From Roseivirga sp. (GTDB taxonomy: Bacteria; Bacteroidota; Bacteroidia; Cytophagales; Cyclobacteriaceae), in the NCBI GenBank assembly GCA_965267365.1, contig OZ253951.1, positions 2,701,974-2,741,973 of the forward strand: 40,000 nucleotides of DNA, read 5' to 3'. The translations under genes were made by a program, and so were the position numbers. Shown here piece after piece: positions 18,987 through 28,928 of the stretch. The notes under the pieces were generated by a model that was given only the letters and a program-made list of their open reading frames with translations, had not been told where the DNA came from and made no database searches. Within the stretch, counting starts at the first letter, position 1, and every line of letters starts with the position of its first letter.

Positions 18987-19637
18987 ATGAAATCATATTT
19001 ACTTTTTGCCCTATTACTCATTTCAAATCATTTTTTACTTGCTCAAAGTCAATCAAACGAAACTATTGAGGTTTCATTAGACAACGTAGCCTTTGATGAA
19101 AATGACTTGATGAAAATCTATACCTCTGAGGATAACACTATTGGTTACTACGATCGATTTGAAAATAAGAGTAGCGAAACAAAAGCTGTCCGTCTTTACG
19201 ACTCTGAGAAGAATTTGATCTACACATTAGTGCCAGTTTTGACGGATCAAGGCTATGCCATACACCTAAAAAACAATACCGATCAAAGAGGATTGCTAGA
19301 GCTAACCGAGCATCTTAATGGTTTTAAGTTAAACTACAAATCTGATGTAGATTACTTCAACCAGCCATATGCATTTAATTACGATGTAAAATTGGGTATT
19401 GGCAAAGTATCCATAAAACAAGACGTTATTTTCCAAGGAAAGAAGGTCATTTCTTATCAAGAGAAGGTTGCTGCATTCTCAGGAATAAGCACTTCACCCA
19501 TATCGGTAGATAGATCTTATTTTGAAACTCATAAAGAAGAAGTAGCCAACTGGACAATGGTTTTACAATTATTAAATGAACTCTCTGTAGAGGTTTCCAA
19601 GCAAAGAAGAAACACCTCTGTAGCAGGGCTTAATTAA
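18987..19637 (+). CDS. Secreted hypothetical protein (216 aa)
   Basis: Signal peptide MKSYLLFALLLISNHFLLAQ. I recognise no domain. Confidence 0.6.
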   Translation: MKSYLLFALLLISNHFLLAQSQSNETIEVSLDNVAFDENDLMKIYTSEDNTIGYYDRFENKSSETKAVRLYDSEKNLIYTLVPVLTDQGYAIHLKNNTDQRGLLELTEHLNGFKLNYKSDVDYFNQPYAFNYDVKLGIGKVSIKQDVIFQGKKVISYQEKVAAFSGISTSPISVDRSYFETHKEEVANWTMVLQLLNELSVEVSKQRRNTSVAGLN

Positions 19638-19694
19638 TCTTCCACATAAATGAGCAGCGCATGCTTTTGAGTGAAATACTTAAATTGTATTTCT

Positions 19695-20123
19695 ATGAGC
19701 TACGCCATCTATCATGATCTAGCAATTAACGCACCTGCCAATAAAGTATTCGAGGCCATTAGTCAACCAAAGCATTTGGTAAACTGGTGGCCTTTTACAT
19801 GTGAAGGAGAACCTCATGTTGGAGCTACCTACAACTTCTATTTTACAGAAGAATATGATTGGTATGGTGAAGTGACTCGTTGTATACCTAACACCACTTT
19901 TCATATTAAAATGACTCAATCTGATGCCGATTGGGATCCAACATCTTTTGGGTTCGACCTGAAAGAGAATCAAGCCAATACACAAGTTGAATTCTGGCAT
20001 GTAGGCTGGCCTTCGTGCAATGCGCATTACAAAAGATCTTCTTATTGCTGGGCCATCTTACTCAAAGGCCTTAAAGATTATATAGAAAAAGGCGTTATCG
20101 TGCCCTTTGAAGAAAGGGCCTAG
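19695..20123 (+). CDS. SRPBCC (AHSA1/START-like) family protein
   Basis: IYHDLAINAPANKVFEAISQPKHLVNWW... is typical of the Aha1-like SRPBCC N-terminus. I prefer the ATG at 19695 to the GTG at 19671. Confidence 0.7.
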   Translation: MSYAIYHDLAINAPANKVFEAISQPKHLVNWWPFTCEGEPHVGATYNFYFTEEYDWYGEVTRCIPNTTFHIKMTQSDADWDPTSFGFDLKENQANTQVEFWHVGWPSCNAHYKRSSYCWAILLKGLKDYIEKGVIVPFEERA

Positions 20124-20203
20124 AGCTCTCTAATTTGTTACTGTTTTGGATTACTACTCTTTGTTCTCCAAACGATAGTTTACCTGTGTGATAATCTTCC
20201 AAG

Positions 20204-20211
20204 TATTTTTG
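20204..20211 (+). promoter_or_regulatory. Putative -7 promoter box TATTTTTG for the aroQ operon
   Basis: Matches TAnnTTTG, 31 nt upstream of the ATG at 20243. Confidence 0.4.
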
Positions 20212-20242
20212 CCAATGGGTGAACTCACGTATATTGCCTGCT

Positions 20243-20671
20243 ATGAAAATCATGGTGATCAATGGCCCCAACTTGAATCTCTTAGGTGTAAGAGAAAAAA
20301 GCATCTACGGCCAGCAAGATTTTGAATCGTTTTTTAACGAGTTAAAAGGCGGTAATCAAGAAACTGAACTCGAATATTTTCAAAGTAATGTCGAAGGCGA
20401 ACTGATCAATAAACTCCATGAAGTAGGCTTTGATTATGATGGCATCATTTTGAATGCCGGAGGATATACACACACTTCAGTGGCTATTTCAGACGCTATA
20501 GCCGCTATCAATACACCTGTTGTTGAAGTGCACATCAGTAATATTCATGCAAGAGAAGAGTTTAGGCACACAAGCCTCATTTCATCCAATTGCGTGGGCA
20601 TGATCACTGGTTTTGGATTAAAAGGATACCAAATGGCTTTAAGCTATTTAATGGATTCAAAAGATGCTTGA
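20243..20671 (+). CDS. aroQ: 3-dehydroquinate dehydratase, type II
   Basis: MKIMVINGPNLNLLGVREKSIYG..., NAGGYTHTSVAI and HISNIHAREEFRH. Confidence 0.92.
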   Translation: MKIMVINGPNLNLLGVREKSIYGQQDFESFFNELKGGNQETELEYFQSNVEGELINKLHEVGFDYDGIILNAGGYTHTSVAISDAIAAINTPVVEVHISNIHAREEFRHTSLISSNCVGMITGFGLKGYQMALSYLMDSKDA

Positions 20672-21236
20672 TTTCACGCAGATCATATCAGTTACCTTGA
20701 TACTCTTTTCTGTCATTGACATTATTGGCTCAGTGCCTATCATCATTGATTTGAGAAAAAAAGTAGGTCACGTTCAATCAGAAAAGGCCACTCTGGTAGC
20801 GGGTATACTCATGATACTCTTTCTATTCTTAGGTCAGAGATTACTAGGGTTATTCGGGATCGATGTAGGCTCTTTTGCTATCGCAGGCTCCATCATCATG
20901 TTCATCATAGGCATGGAGATGATCCTAGGACATAATTTCTTCAAACATGAGCCAGAAGTTGATACCAGTTCATCTATCATTCCAATAGCATTTCCATTGG
21001 TTGCTGGGGCTGGTACTTTAACCACTATAATTTCTCTAAAGGCAGAATATGATCAATGGAATATCTTGATTGGTATAGTGATTAATCTTGTTTTCGTTTA
21101 CATCGTTCTAAAGTCAACCAATTGGCTCGAGCGCATTATAGGAGAAGGTGGCATTTCAGTATTAAGAAAGGTGTTTGGCATCATCCTCCTCTCTATTGCA
21201 ATCAAGCTATTTAAAGATAATATCATCAATCTATGA
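20664..21236 (+). CDS. MarC family (UPF0056) integral membrane protein
   Basis: Six predicted TM segments, with a composition and length typical of MarC. It overlaps aroQ by 8 nt. Confidence 0.7.
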   Translation: MLDFTQIISVTLILFSVIDIIGSVPIIIDLRKKVGHVQSEKATLVAGILMILFLFLGQRLLGLFGIDVGSFAIAGSIIMFIIGMEMILGHNFFKHEPEVDTSSSIIPIAFPLVAGAGTLTTIISLKAEYDQWNILIGIVINLVFVYIVLKSTNWLERIIGEGGISVLRKVFGIILLSIAIKLFKDNIINL

Positions 21237-21691
21237 TCGTCATTTATACAGACGGATCCTCTAGAGGCAACCCTGGCCCAGGAGGATATGGTACAGTTCT
21301 AAAATTCAAAGAGCACAGAAAGGAAATTTCCCAAGGCTATAGAAAAACCACCAATAACCGAATGGAACTACTGGCTGTGATCATAGGTTTGGAGGCTATC
21401 AAGGTCGAAAACGCCCCCGTTAAGATCTATTCTGATTCAAAATACGTGATCGATTCTGTAGAAAAAGGTTGGCTCTGGAATTGGATCAAGAAAGACTTTA
21501 AGGGTAAAAAAAACAAGGACCTGTGGCTCAGGTTTGCCGAGATATACAAGAAGCATCGTGTCCAATTTCAATGGGTAAAAGGACACGCAGGTATTCCTGA
21601 AAATGAAAGGTGTGATCAACTCGCAGTAGAAGCGGCTGAAGGCAGCGGTCTCTTAGTAGACGAAGGTTTTGAATCTGGACTATATAGCTAA
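21233..21691 (+). CDS. rnhA: Ribonuclease HI
   Basis: IYTDGSSRGNPGPGGYG, TNNRMELLAVI, SDSKYV and WVKGHAGIPENERCDQLA. Confidence 0.92.
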   Translation: MIVIYTDGSSRGNPGPGGYGTVLKFKEHRKEISQGYRKTTNNRMELLAVIIGLEAIKVENAPVKIYSDSKYVIDSVEKGWLWNWIKKDFKGKKNKDLWLRFAEIYKKHRVQFQWVKGHAGIPENERCDQLAVEAAEGSGLLVDEGFESGLYS

Positions 21692-22401
21692 TGTCCAACT
21701 CCTATTTTCAATTCAAGCAATTTAGAATTGAGCAAGGCAAAAGTGGTATGAAGGTGACCACCGATGGTTGCCTATTTGGGGCAATGATTGATTGTAAAGG
21801 AGCAAAACGCATACTCGATATTGGCGCAGGTACAGGACTCCTAAGTCTTATGCTAGCTCAACGTGAGGCTCATGCTGAGATCACCGCTATTGAGATTGAC
21901 CAAAATGCATACGAAGAAGCCTCAGAGAATTTCGAAAATGCACCATGGAGTAATCACCTTCATATTGAACATACTAGCTTGCAAAGCTTTGATTCTGAGA
22001 GTCAGTTCGATCTCATAGTTTCTAATCCGCCATTTTTCAAGAATAATTATAAAGGCAATTCATCACACAAGAACAAAGCCATCCATAACGACACCCTTCC
22101 CTTTTCAGAGCTGGCTGAAAATGCTGCCTCGCTTCTCACTGAAAGTGGCAAGCTTTGGGTAATGTATCCTGAATATGAAATGAGCTTATTCTCAAAGGAA
22201 GCCAAGAATTACGGCCTGCATTCTGAATTAGAAATCCAAGTCTTCAATCAACAAGGGAAGGCCATTTTTAGGTCGATCAAGCAGTTTAGCAAGAGTGTGC
22301 AAAAGGAGTTAAACATGGAAAAGGTCATCATCAAGAATCAAGATGGCTCATACACAGATCAATTTACTTCGCTCCTTAGAGATTACTATCTTCATTTGTG
22401 A
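21691..22401 (+). CDS. trmN6: tRNA1(Val) adenine37-N6 methyltransferase (YfiC/TrmN6-like)
   Basis: FQFKQFRIEQGKSGMKVTTDGCLFGA, ILDIGAGTGLLSLMLAQR and the SNPPFF catalytic motif. Confidence 0.75.
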   Translation: MSNSYFQFKQFRIEQGKSGMKVTTDGCLFGAMIDCKGAKRILDIGAGTGLLSLMLAQREAHAEITAIEIDQNAYEEASENFENAPWSNHLHIEHTSLQSFDSESQFDLIVSNPPFFKNNYKGNSSHKNKAIHNDTLPFSELAENAASLLTESGKLWVMYPEYEMSLFSKEAKNYGLHSELEIQVFNQQGKAIFRSIKQFSKSVQKELNMEKVIIKNQDGSYTDQFTSLLRDYYLHL

Positions 22402-23162
22402 GAAAGCTTATATCCACCATTTTACTTGTCCTTTTTCTAGGGTCTTGCGAAGACAAACCCTCCGCTGGCCAACAAGTATTTATTTCAACTGGCAAGACGG
22501 TCATTGATGGTTATTGGGTTTATCTACCAGAGAATTACGATCCCAAAAAATCGTACCCGCTCATTCTCTTTTTACAAGGTGGTGCAGGCGTAAGTAATGA
22601 CATTTATTCTACCAAAAATGACGGCCCTTCTAAGTTTGCTCTGCAAGACATACCAATTGTCAAAGACTCATTTATTATCCTAAATCCGCATATGAAAGTG
22701 GGGGATCCTTCAAAAAACAGATGGTCAAATTATGGAGCTTCCATGAAGGATTTTATCATCAAATTGAATAAAACTCATCCCATAGATTCAAGCCGAATGT
22801 TTCTTACAGGTCTGAGTTATGGGGCCGGTGAAGGAATGGCCTTGCTCAACAAAAGGCAAATTGATTTTAAGGCTTTTGTTGGAGTAGCAGGCCGATATGC
22901 AAGCCGTTACTCAAATCGAGAAGGAATTAAAAAAAGCGACATCTGGCTAGTTCATAGAAAAGATGATCCTCAAGTTCCAGCTAGGCTTTCAATAGAGCTA
23001 ATGAATTTTCTCTTTCAAGAAACTCCATTTCCTGTAGAGGATCAAATTGGAAAGACCACTTCCTCTACTATACTCACAATACTCGATGGAGATACACATA
23101 CAGGCTGGGATGAGACATTCCGTAATCAAGCAGTGTATGAGTGGCTGCTAAGTAGAAAATAG
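22398..23162 (+). CDS. Alpha/beta hydrolase lipoprotein (esterase/peptidase-like)
   Basis: GTG start overlapping the upstream TGA, lipobox LGSC and nucleophile elbow GLSYGAG. Confidence 0.65.
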   Translation: MRKLISTILLVLFLGSCEDKPSAGQQVFISTGKTVIDGYWVYLPENYDPKKSYPLILFLQGGAGVSNDIYSTKNDGPSKFALQDIPIVKDSFIILNPHMKVGDPSKNRWSNYGASMKDFIIKLNKTHPIDSSRMFLTGLSYGAGEGMALLNKRQIDFKAFVGVAGRYASRYSNREGIKKSDIWLVHRKDDPQVPARLSIELMNFLFQETPFPVEDQIGKTTSSTILTILDGDTHTGWDETFRNQAVYEWLLSRK

Positions 23163-23199
23163 GCTTGTTCACTCTTGCAATTTCTATATCTTGCGGCCT

Positions 23200-23946
23200 A
23201 TGCAAATTTTAGGAATAGACATCGGAGGAAGCGGTATTAAAGGTGCTATTGTAGACACCCATACAGGAATGATCATTTCGGATCGTCATAGAATACCAAC
23301 ACCTGAAGGACGTAAACCAAAGGCCATTGCTGAGGTAGTCCATCAGATCCGAGACTATTTCCAATGGAATGACAATATCGGGGTAGCATTCCCAACTGTC
23401 GTTTTGAATGGCAAAGCGGTCTATCAAAGTAATTTGCATCAAGATTGGGTAGGTACTCAGATCGATGATCTTTTTTGCGAACAATGCGAAAAAAACACCT
23501 TTAATATCATTAACGATGCCGATGCTGCGGGATTAGCAGAAATGCGATTTGGAGCTGGCAGACATCATTCTGGAAAGGTGTTAATGGTGACCATAGGCAC
23601 AGGCCTTGGCTCTGCCCTATTTTATGACGGTGAGTTGATACCAAACTTTGAATTAGGACACCTATTTCACAAAAACGGAAAAGTAATAGAACATTGGGCT
23701 GCAGACTCCGCTAGAAAGAAGGAAGGACTTACTTTCGAACAATGGGGTAAGAGACTGAATAAATTCTTGAAGCATGTGGAGCGAATAATAACGCCAGACT
23801 TCATTATTCTAGGTGGTGGTGTCAGCAAGCACATCCATAAATACCGCGACCAGATAAAGATCAACACGCCTTATGTTGTCAGCGAAAAACAGAATAACTC
23901 TGGAATAATTGGTGCTGCTTGCTATGCTGCGGAGCATCATAAATAA
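23200..23946 (+). CDS. ppgK: ROK family polyphosphate glucokinase
   Basis: [23 protein letters not shown]...[21 protein letters not shown] and [11 protein letters not shown]. Confidence 0.8.
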   Translation: MQILGIDIGGSGIKGAIVDTHTGMIISDRHRIPTPEGRKPKAIAEVVHQIRDYFQWNDNIGVAFPTVVLNGKAVYQSNLHQDWVGTQIDDLFCEQCEKNTFNIINDADAAGLAEMRFGAGRHHSGKVLMVTIGTGLGSALFYDGELIPNFELGHLFHKNGKVIEHWAADSARKKEGLTFEQWGKRLNKFLKHVERIITPDFIILGGGVSKHIHKYRDQIKINTPYVVSEKQNNSGIIGAACYAAEHHK

Positions 23947-24578
23947 AGCGGTTTGTAATTTACCTCTGCATAGGACAGAAATCTGTGCGCTCGCATCATT
24001 TCTTCATGAGTAGGTTTGTCAATGTGTCTTGGTATAGGTAGAATTCGTTTGTCTTTTTTTTTAAAAGGTGGAGCTACTTTCGAACCAAAAAAATGAGGTA
24101 TTAAAATTTTCGAACAGCTAAAGATAATTCGATCTATTTGATGCTCTTTAAAGTGTCTTTGTAACCTTGTATTGATATCCTCAAAAAACTCTAGGCCACT
24201 AGCAAGTCTAATCCGCGACCCTGCTCTACTTTTCCCTTTAGTTTTTAAATGCTTGATTTGACTTACCCCTTGCTTTTTACGCACCATGTAAGCTCCAAAA
24301 ACTTTATGCGAGAGACATTCTTGACCATAAAACAAGCCCACGGTGGCCATACCGGTTTGAACAATGAGCATCAAATAATAGAATTGATCATCAAAATTGA
24401 GGTTACCGTTCACATCAGCCATCAAATCGTAGGGTAGTCTAACAATGAGGTCCTCTTCATCTGTTTGCCAAGTCAACCTATGTTTATCCATATCGTACTC
24501 CGCAGTACCATACTCCTTTTCCCAGTTGGCGAGGCGTTCTCGTAATTCTGATTTGCTTTTGATGATCTCAGATCGCAT
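23937..24578 (-). CDS. Vms1/ANKZF1-like (VLRF1 domain) peptidyl-tRNA hydrolase family protein
   Basis: [68 protein letters not shown] parallels the Vms1/ANKZF1 core (..HKTFHRYTVRxKxGGxQ...SAGSxLRRYNE..), including the GxxQ glutamine. I prefer the start at MRSEII (24578), because the longer track ORF would run through the PBP promoter. Confidence 0.7.
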   Translation of the reverse strand: MRSEIIKSKSELRERLANWEKEYGTAEYDMDKHRLTWQTDEEDLIVRLPYDLMADVNGNLNFDDQFYYLMLIVQTGMATVGLFYGQECLSHKVFGAYMVRKKQGVSQIKHLKTKGKSRAGSRIRLASGLEFFEDINTRLQRHFKEHQIDRIIFSCSKILIPHFFGSKVAPPFKKKDKRILPIPRHIDKPTHEEMMRAHRFLSYAEVNYKPLYL

Positions 24579-24584
24579 AGGTTT

Positions 24585-24592
24585 CAAAAATA
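24585..24592 (-). promoter_or_regulatory. Putative -7 promoter box (TATTTTTG on minus strand) 6 nt from the VLRF1-like ATG
   Basis: The plus strand reads CAAAAATA. Its position implies a leaderless or near-leaderless transcript. Confidence 0.3.
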
Positions 24593-24639
24593 GATAAGAA
24601 ATGATTAGAGAGAACATTTCTCGAATCATTTACAAGAAC

Positions 24640-24647
24640 TACCTTTG
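24640..24647 (+). promoter_or_regulatory. Putative -7 promoter box TACCTTTG for the PBP gene
   Basis: Matches TAnnTTTG, 18 nt upstream of the ATG at 24666. Confidence 0.4.
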
Positions 24648-24665
24648 CGCTTCGTTTCACCTAGC

Positions 24666-26990
24666 ATGAGAAAGCCAAGAATAAAAACCTTTTTCAAGTG
24701 GTTATTGGCCATTTCCTTATTCTGCCTCATTGGGCTCTTTGGCTTTATATTTAGTGTTATATGGGGCTTTTGGGAGCCACTACCTTCAAAACAGCAACTA
24801 CTTAACATCAAACAAAGTGAAGCTACCGAGATACTTGATCGCAATGACGAACTCATAGGTAAATATTTCAGATTTGATAGGCAACCTGTTGGCTATGAAG
24901 AATTACCCAAGCATCTGATCGATGCTCTGGTTGCCACAGAAGACATTCGCTTCTTTGAGCATAATGGTATTGATCAAAGAAGTCTTTTGAGAGTAGTTTT
25001 CAAATCCATCCTTTTGGGAGATGATTCTTCTGGAGGTGGAAGTACCATTTCACAACAGCTGATCAAGAATCTATACCCAAGAAAAAGACATGGTGTATTT
25101 ACCATGCCCGTCAATAAAACCAAGGAAGCCTATTTAGCCACCCAAATCGAATCTCTTTACAGCAAAGAAGAGATCATCACTCTCTACTTCAATACTGTCC
25201 CTTTTGGTGATAATACATTTGGCGTTGAAAGTGCCTCTGAGAAGTTCTTTTCGGTTAAAACTAAAGACCTCAGCTTAGCTCAATCAGCTGTCATTGTAGG
25301 CATGCTCAAAGCTTCTTATTTGTACAACCCCAGGCTTTTTCCAGAAAGATCTGAGGCAAGAAGAAATACTGTGCTCTCGCAAATGGAGAAGTATGGATTC
25401 CTCGATAATGAATTAGCCGAGAGCGCTAAAGAAGAATCTTTGATCATTGATTACACGCCATTCTCTCATGACAAAGGAACTGCTCCTTATTTCAGAGCTC
25501 ATCTTCAGAAATCCTTAGAACAGTGGATCTCGGATTATAACCAAAGGAATGGCACCGAATACGATCTGTATTCTTCAGGCTTGCAAATAGAGACCACCAT
25601 TGATTTTGAAATGCAAAAAATGGCTGAATCAGCTATGGAAGTACATTTAAAATCTTTACAGGCGGCTTTTGAAAAGAGCTTTGGCAACAATGCCCCATGG
25701 CTCAAGGACCAAGACTTAATCGAAAGTGCCGTCAAGAATCATCCTGAATTCAAAAAGTTGAAAAGCCAAGGCATTAAAGAAGAAGCCATTCTTGATTCAA
25801 TGAGCCAGAAAAGGAAAATTGAATTATGGGATTGGAAGGGAAAAAGCCTTGTTACTGCCTCAACAATAGACAGCATTCGACACTACCTCAAATTCTTAAA
25901 TGCCGGTATGATGAGCCTCGAACCAAGAACAGGAGCCATTCGAGCTTGGGTAGGCGGTATCAATTATGAATATTTTCAATATGACCATGTGTCTCAAGCC
26001 AAAAGACAAGTCGGTTCAACCTTTAAACCAATCGTATATGCAGCAGCTTTAGAAAATGGATTGAAGCCATGTACTTACTTACCTGCTCGAACAGTCACTT
26101 ATGAGAACTACGATAATTGGACCCCTCGTAATTCGGGTAATATCAATGAGGAGAACAATTATGCGGTTAAAACTGCTCTCTCGAAATCGATCAACACCAT
26201 AGCAGTTAAGGTGTTGGAAGAAGCAGAAGTAAAAAACGTTATAGACCTGGCAGAACAATTAGGTATTCATTCTGACATTCCTCCTGTTCCTTCAATTGCT
26301 TTAGGAACTCCAGAGATCAGCCTATTTGAAATGGCCCAGGCCTATACCGCATTTGTCAATGATCGAAAACCGAATGAACCATTCTTTATCAAATCGATTA
26401 AAGACAAGAATGGCAAAGTACTAGCATCATTCGGACCTAAATCATCCACAGAACCTGTCATCTCAGAAACCACTCGTTCTACGATGATCGAAATGATGAA
26501 AGATGTAGTAGATGAAGGCACTGCAAGCAGACTAAGATGGAAATATGGCCTAAGAAATGATATTGCAGGAAAAACGGGCACTACACAGAATAATAAAGAT
26601 GGCTGGTTTGTCGCACTTACCCCCAACCTCATTACTGTCACTTGGGTCGGTGCTGATCAACATCAAATTGGGTTCAAGACTACTGCCATGGGACAGGGTG
26701 CCAACTCAGCATTACCCATCTATGCGCTCTATCAGAAGGAGCTCAATGCCCACACTAATTTCAGAAGATATACAGAGGCACAATTCCCTCCGGCTCCTTT
26801 GCAGGTGGTCAGAAACCTTGATTGTGATACCGAAAAAGAACCTGGATTTATATCTCGCATTTTCGCCAATAACGAAAAGCCAAAGATCAGTCCTCTTAAA
26901 GTTGATACCGCTCAGGCTTCAGAAAAGAAGCCAGGCTTATTCAAAAGAATTGGAGGGATCTTCAAGAGAAAGAAAAAGAAGAATAATTGA
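24666..26990 (+). CDS. Class A penicillin-binding protein (PBP1A-type transglycosylase/transpeptidase)
   Basis: GT51 motifs ATEDIRFFEHNGID and GGSTISQQLIKN. Transpeptidase motifs GSTFKP (SxxK) and AGKTGTTQNNKDGWF (KTG). N-terminal TM anchor. Confidence 0.92.
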   Translation: MRKPRIKTFFKWLLAISLFCLIGLFGFIFSVIWGFWEPLPSKQQLLNIKQSEATEILDRNDELIGKYFRFDRQPVGYEELPKHLIDALVATEDIRFFEHNGIDQRSLLRVVFKSILLGDDSSGGGSTISQQLIKNLYPRKRHGVFTMPVNKTKEAYLATQIESLYSKEEIITLYFNTVPFGDNTFGVESASEKFFSVKTKDLSLAQSAVIVGMLKASYLYNPRLFPERSEARRNTVLSQMEKYGFLDNELAESAKEESLIIDYTPFSHDKGTAPYFRAHLQKSLEQWISDYNQRNGTEYDLYSSGLQIETTIDFEMQKMAESAMEVHLKSLQAAFEKSFGNNAPWLKDQDLIESAVKNHPEFKKLKSQGIKEEAILDSMSQKRKIELWDWKGKSLVTASTIDSIRHYLKFLNAGMMSLEPRTGAIRAWVGGINYEYFQYDHVSQAKRQVGSTFKPIVYAAALENGLKPCTYLPARTVTYENYDNWTPRNSGNINEENNYAVKTALSKSINTIAVKVLEEAEVKNVIDLAEQLGIHSDIPPVPSIALGTPEISLFEMAQAYTAFVNDRKPNEPFFIKSIKDKNGKVLASFGPKSSTEPVISETTRSTMIEMMKDVVDEGTASRLRWKYGLRNDIAGKTGTTQNNKDGWFVALTPNLITVTWVGADQHQIGFKTTAMGQGANSALPIYALYQKELNAHTNFRRYTEAQFPPAPLQVVRNLDCDTEKEPGFISRIFANNEKPKISPLKVDTAQASEKKPGLFKRIGGIFKRKKKKNN

Positions 26991-26991
26991 T

Positions 26992-28332
26992 CTAAAGCTC
27001 AACTTCTTCCTCAATAAACTCAAATCCTAAAGTCTCTAATTCAGATAGAATCGGATTGTAGAATTCAGGAGTAATAGGAATTTGAACTCCTCTCGCCTCC
27101 ACTTTTCCTGTCATTAACAGCTTGGCAGCAATACCCAAAGGAAGGCCTACTGTTTTCGACATGGCTGTGTCTGTAGCATTTTCACCATCAGCCACCATAG
27201 CAGATCTAATTCTCTTAGCGACTCCGTTCTCTTCATAGTCGAACAAATGCCACATCACGATCTGGTCTTTTTGATCAGGGCGAATGGTCCATTTCTTTTT
27301 CAATATATGTTCAAGAACTTGCGCAGGTGTTCCTTTCATCATTCCCACCGGTTCTTCATCAAACATACCCAGCCAACGTAGTCTGTGCATTTCAGGTCCA
27401 TCAACATCTAGGCTCAGGTAATGAGCGAGTTTCAACTCTACGGAATCATTAGGGTTATAACTCAAGAATGAATTCATGAATTGACGATGCGTCATGTCCT
27501 TCACTCCCTCCATTTGATAAGTATCATCAGTGGCACCAAGCTGAACAAAAACATCCCAAGCCTTACAGTAACCTGGTCTTCTTAAAGTACCTCTATACAA
27601 GGTCTGAATCCCGTGCAATTCGTAAACATCTAGGTATTGGAGAGAATCTCTGTTGGCATAGCCTTCAAAATATCCATGACCAGGAATGTGGATCATTTCA
27701 ATTCTTCTGAAGAGTTTATGATATGGGATAAACTTATACCTGCCCTCTTGAATAAACTTGACTGTACCCTGACCTGCCAAAACCACATTTCTAGGATTCC
27801 AGGTAAATCCGTACTGCCATGGGTTATCATCATTCTTATCTGGCGCTAACAAACCTCCCGTAAAAGATTCAAAAGCTCTTAACTCAAGACCCTTATTTAC
27901 TCTGATATGGTCAATGACTTTCTTAGCCGACATATGATCGATCCCAGGGTCTAAACCACATTCATTTAAGAACAACAACCCTTTGTCTTTAGCTTCTTGA
28001 TCGAAGGCCTTCATGTCTTCAGAGACATAAGAAGCAGTGAGCAAATGCTTTTCAAAAGCCAAGCAGGCTTCAGCCACTACTGGATGAAATCTTGCAGGCA
28101 ACATCGAGATCACCACATCATTTTGGCTAACCAATTGATGGCATTCCTCCTCTTTATTGATATTGAAAGCAACAGCCTTTCCATGAGTATGGCCATCTAT
28201 CTTTTCTTCGGCTAACTGCAAGGCATAATCTGCCACGGTGATTTGCCATTGATGAGAAGCTGCATTTTCTAAAAGATAGCTGATCAATGAGGTAGCAGAA
28301 CGGCCCGCCCCCAATACAAGAATTTTGTCCAT
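26992..28332 (-). CDS. Saccharopine dehydrogenase family protein (LYS9-like saccharopine reductase)
   Basis: MDKILVLGAGRSATSLISYL, VISMLPARFHPVVAEACL, LLTASYVS and NECGLDPGIDHMSAKKVIDHI. Confidence 0.8.
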   Translation of the reverse strand: MDKILVLGAGRSATSLISYLLENAASHQWQITVADYALQLAEEKIDGHTHGKAVAFNINKEEECHQLVSQNDVVISMLPARFHPVVAEACLAFEKHLLTASYVSEDMKAFDQEAKDKGLLFLNECGLDPGIDHMSAKKVIDHIRVNKGLELRAFESFTGGLLAPDKNDDNPWQYGFTWNPRNVVLAGQGTVKFIQEGRYKFIPYHKLFRRIEMIHIPGHGYFEGYANRDSLQYLDVYELHGIQTLYRGTLRRPGYCKAWDVFVQLGATDDTYQMEGVKDMTHRQFMNSFLSYNPNDSVELKLAHYLSLDVDGPEMHRLRWLGMFDEEPVGMMKGTPAQVLEHILKKKWTIRPDQKDQIVMWHLFDYEENGVAKRIRSAMVADGENATDTAMSKTVGLPLGIAAKLLMTGKVEARGVQIPITPEFYNPILSELETLGFEFIEEEVEL

Positions 28333-28442
28333 AGGTTTAAAAAATCTGATTTCGAATTAGAGTAAAAAGTCGACCAAAACAAACCGGTTCAGCAATATTA
28401 TTCTTGAAACTTATTCAATTAAGAATCGTATTTTTCAAACCC

Positions 28443-28928
28443 ATGTCAGAAACGATCAAAAAAGAAATTACGATAGAAGTACTTTCTGAGACAGAATTGG
28501 AGAATTATCAATCCGAACTTGTCCAAAAAGCGAAAGAAGCAGCAGAAAAAGCATACGCTCCATATTCTGAATTCCAGGTTGGTGCTGCTCTATTGCTTGA
28601 ATCAGGTCAAATAGTCATAGGTAATAACCAAGAGAACTCGGCTTATCCTTCCGGTTTGTGTGCTGAAAGAGTAGCCATTTTCGCTGCTAGCGCCAACGAC
28701 CCATCAGCCAGATTTAAATCTATAGCTATTACGGCCAGAAAAGCCTCCTCAGATCAGTTCATTTCTGTTACTCCTTGCGGTAGCTGCAGACAGGTTTTAA
28801 GCGAATATGAAGTCAAACAAGATGAAGAGATTGAGATCATCATGGCTGGCGATGATGGCAAATATTACATCTCGAAAAGTGTTGACAATCTGTTACCTTT
28901 CAAGTTCTCTGATAAATACTTGAAATAA
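28443..28928 (+). CDS. cdd: Cytidine deaminase
   Basis: AYAPYSEFQVGAALL, CAERVAIFAA and PCGSCRQVLSEY. I prefer the ATG at 28443. Confidence 0.9.
   Translation: MSETIKKEITIEVLSETELENYQSELVQKAKEAAEKAYAPYSEFQVGAALLLESGQIVIGNNQENSAYPSGLCAERVAIFAASANDPSARFKSIAITARKASSDQFISVTPCGSCRQVLSEYEVKQDEEIEIIMAGDDGKYYISKSVDNLLPFKFSDKYLK

Noticed and set aside
26557-27030. A 157-aa alternative-frame ORF lies at the end of the PBP gene.
   Set aside because: It lies out of frame within the well-supported transpeptidase domain (KTGTT region), and its sequence is R/S/L-rich noise.
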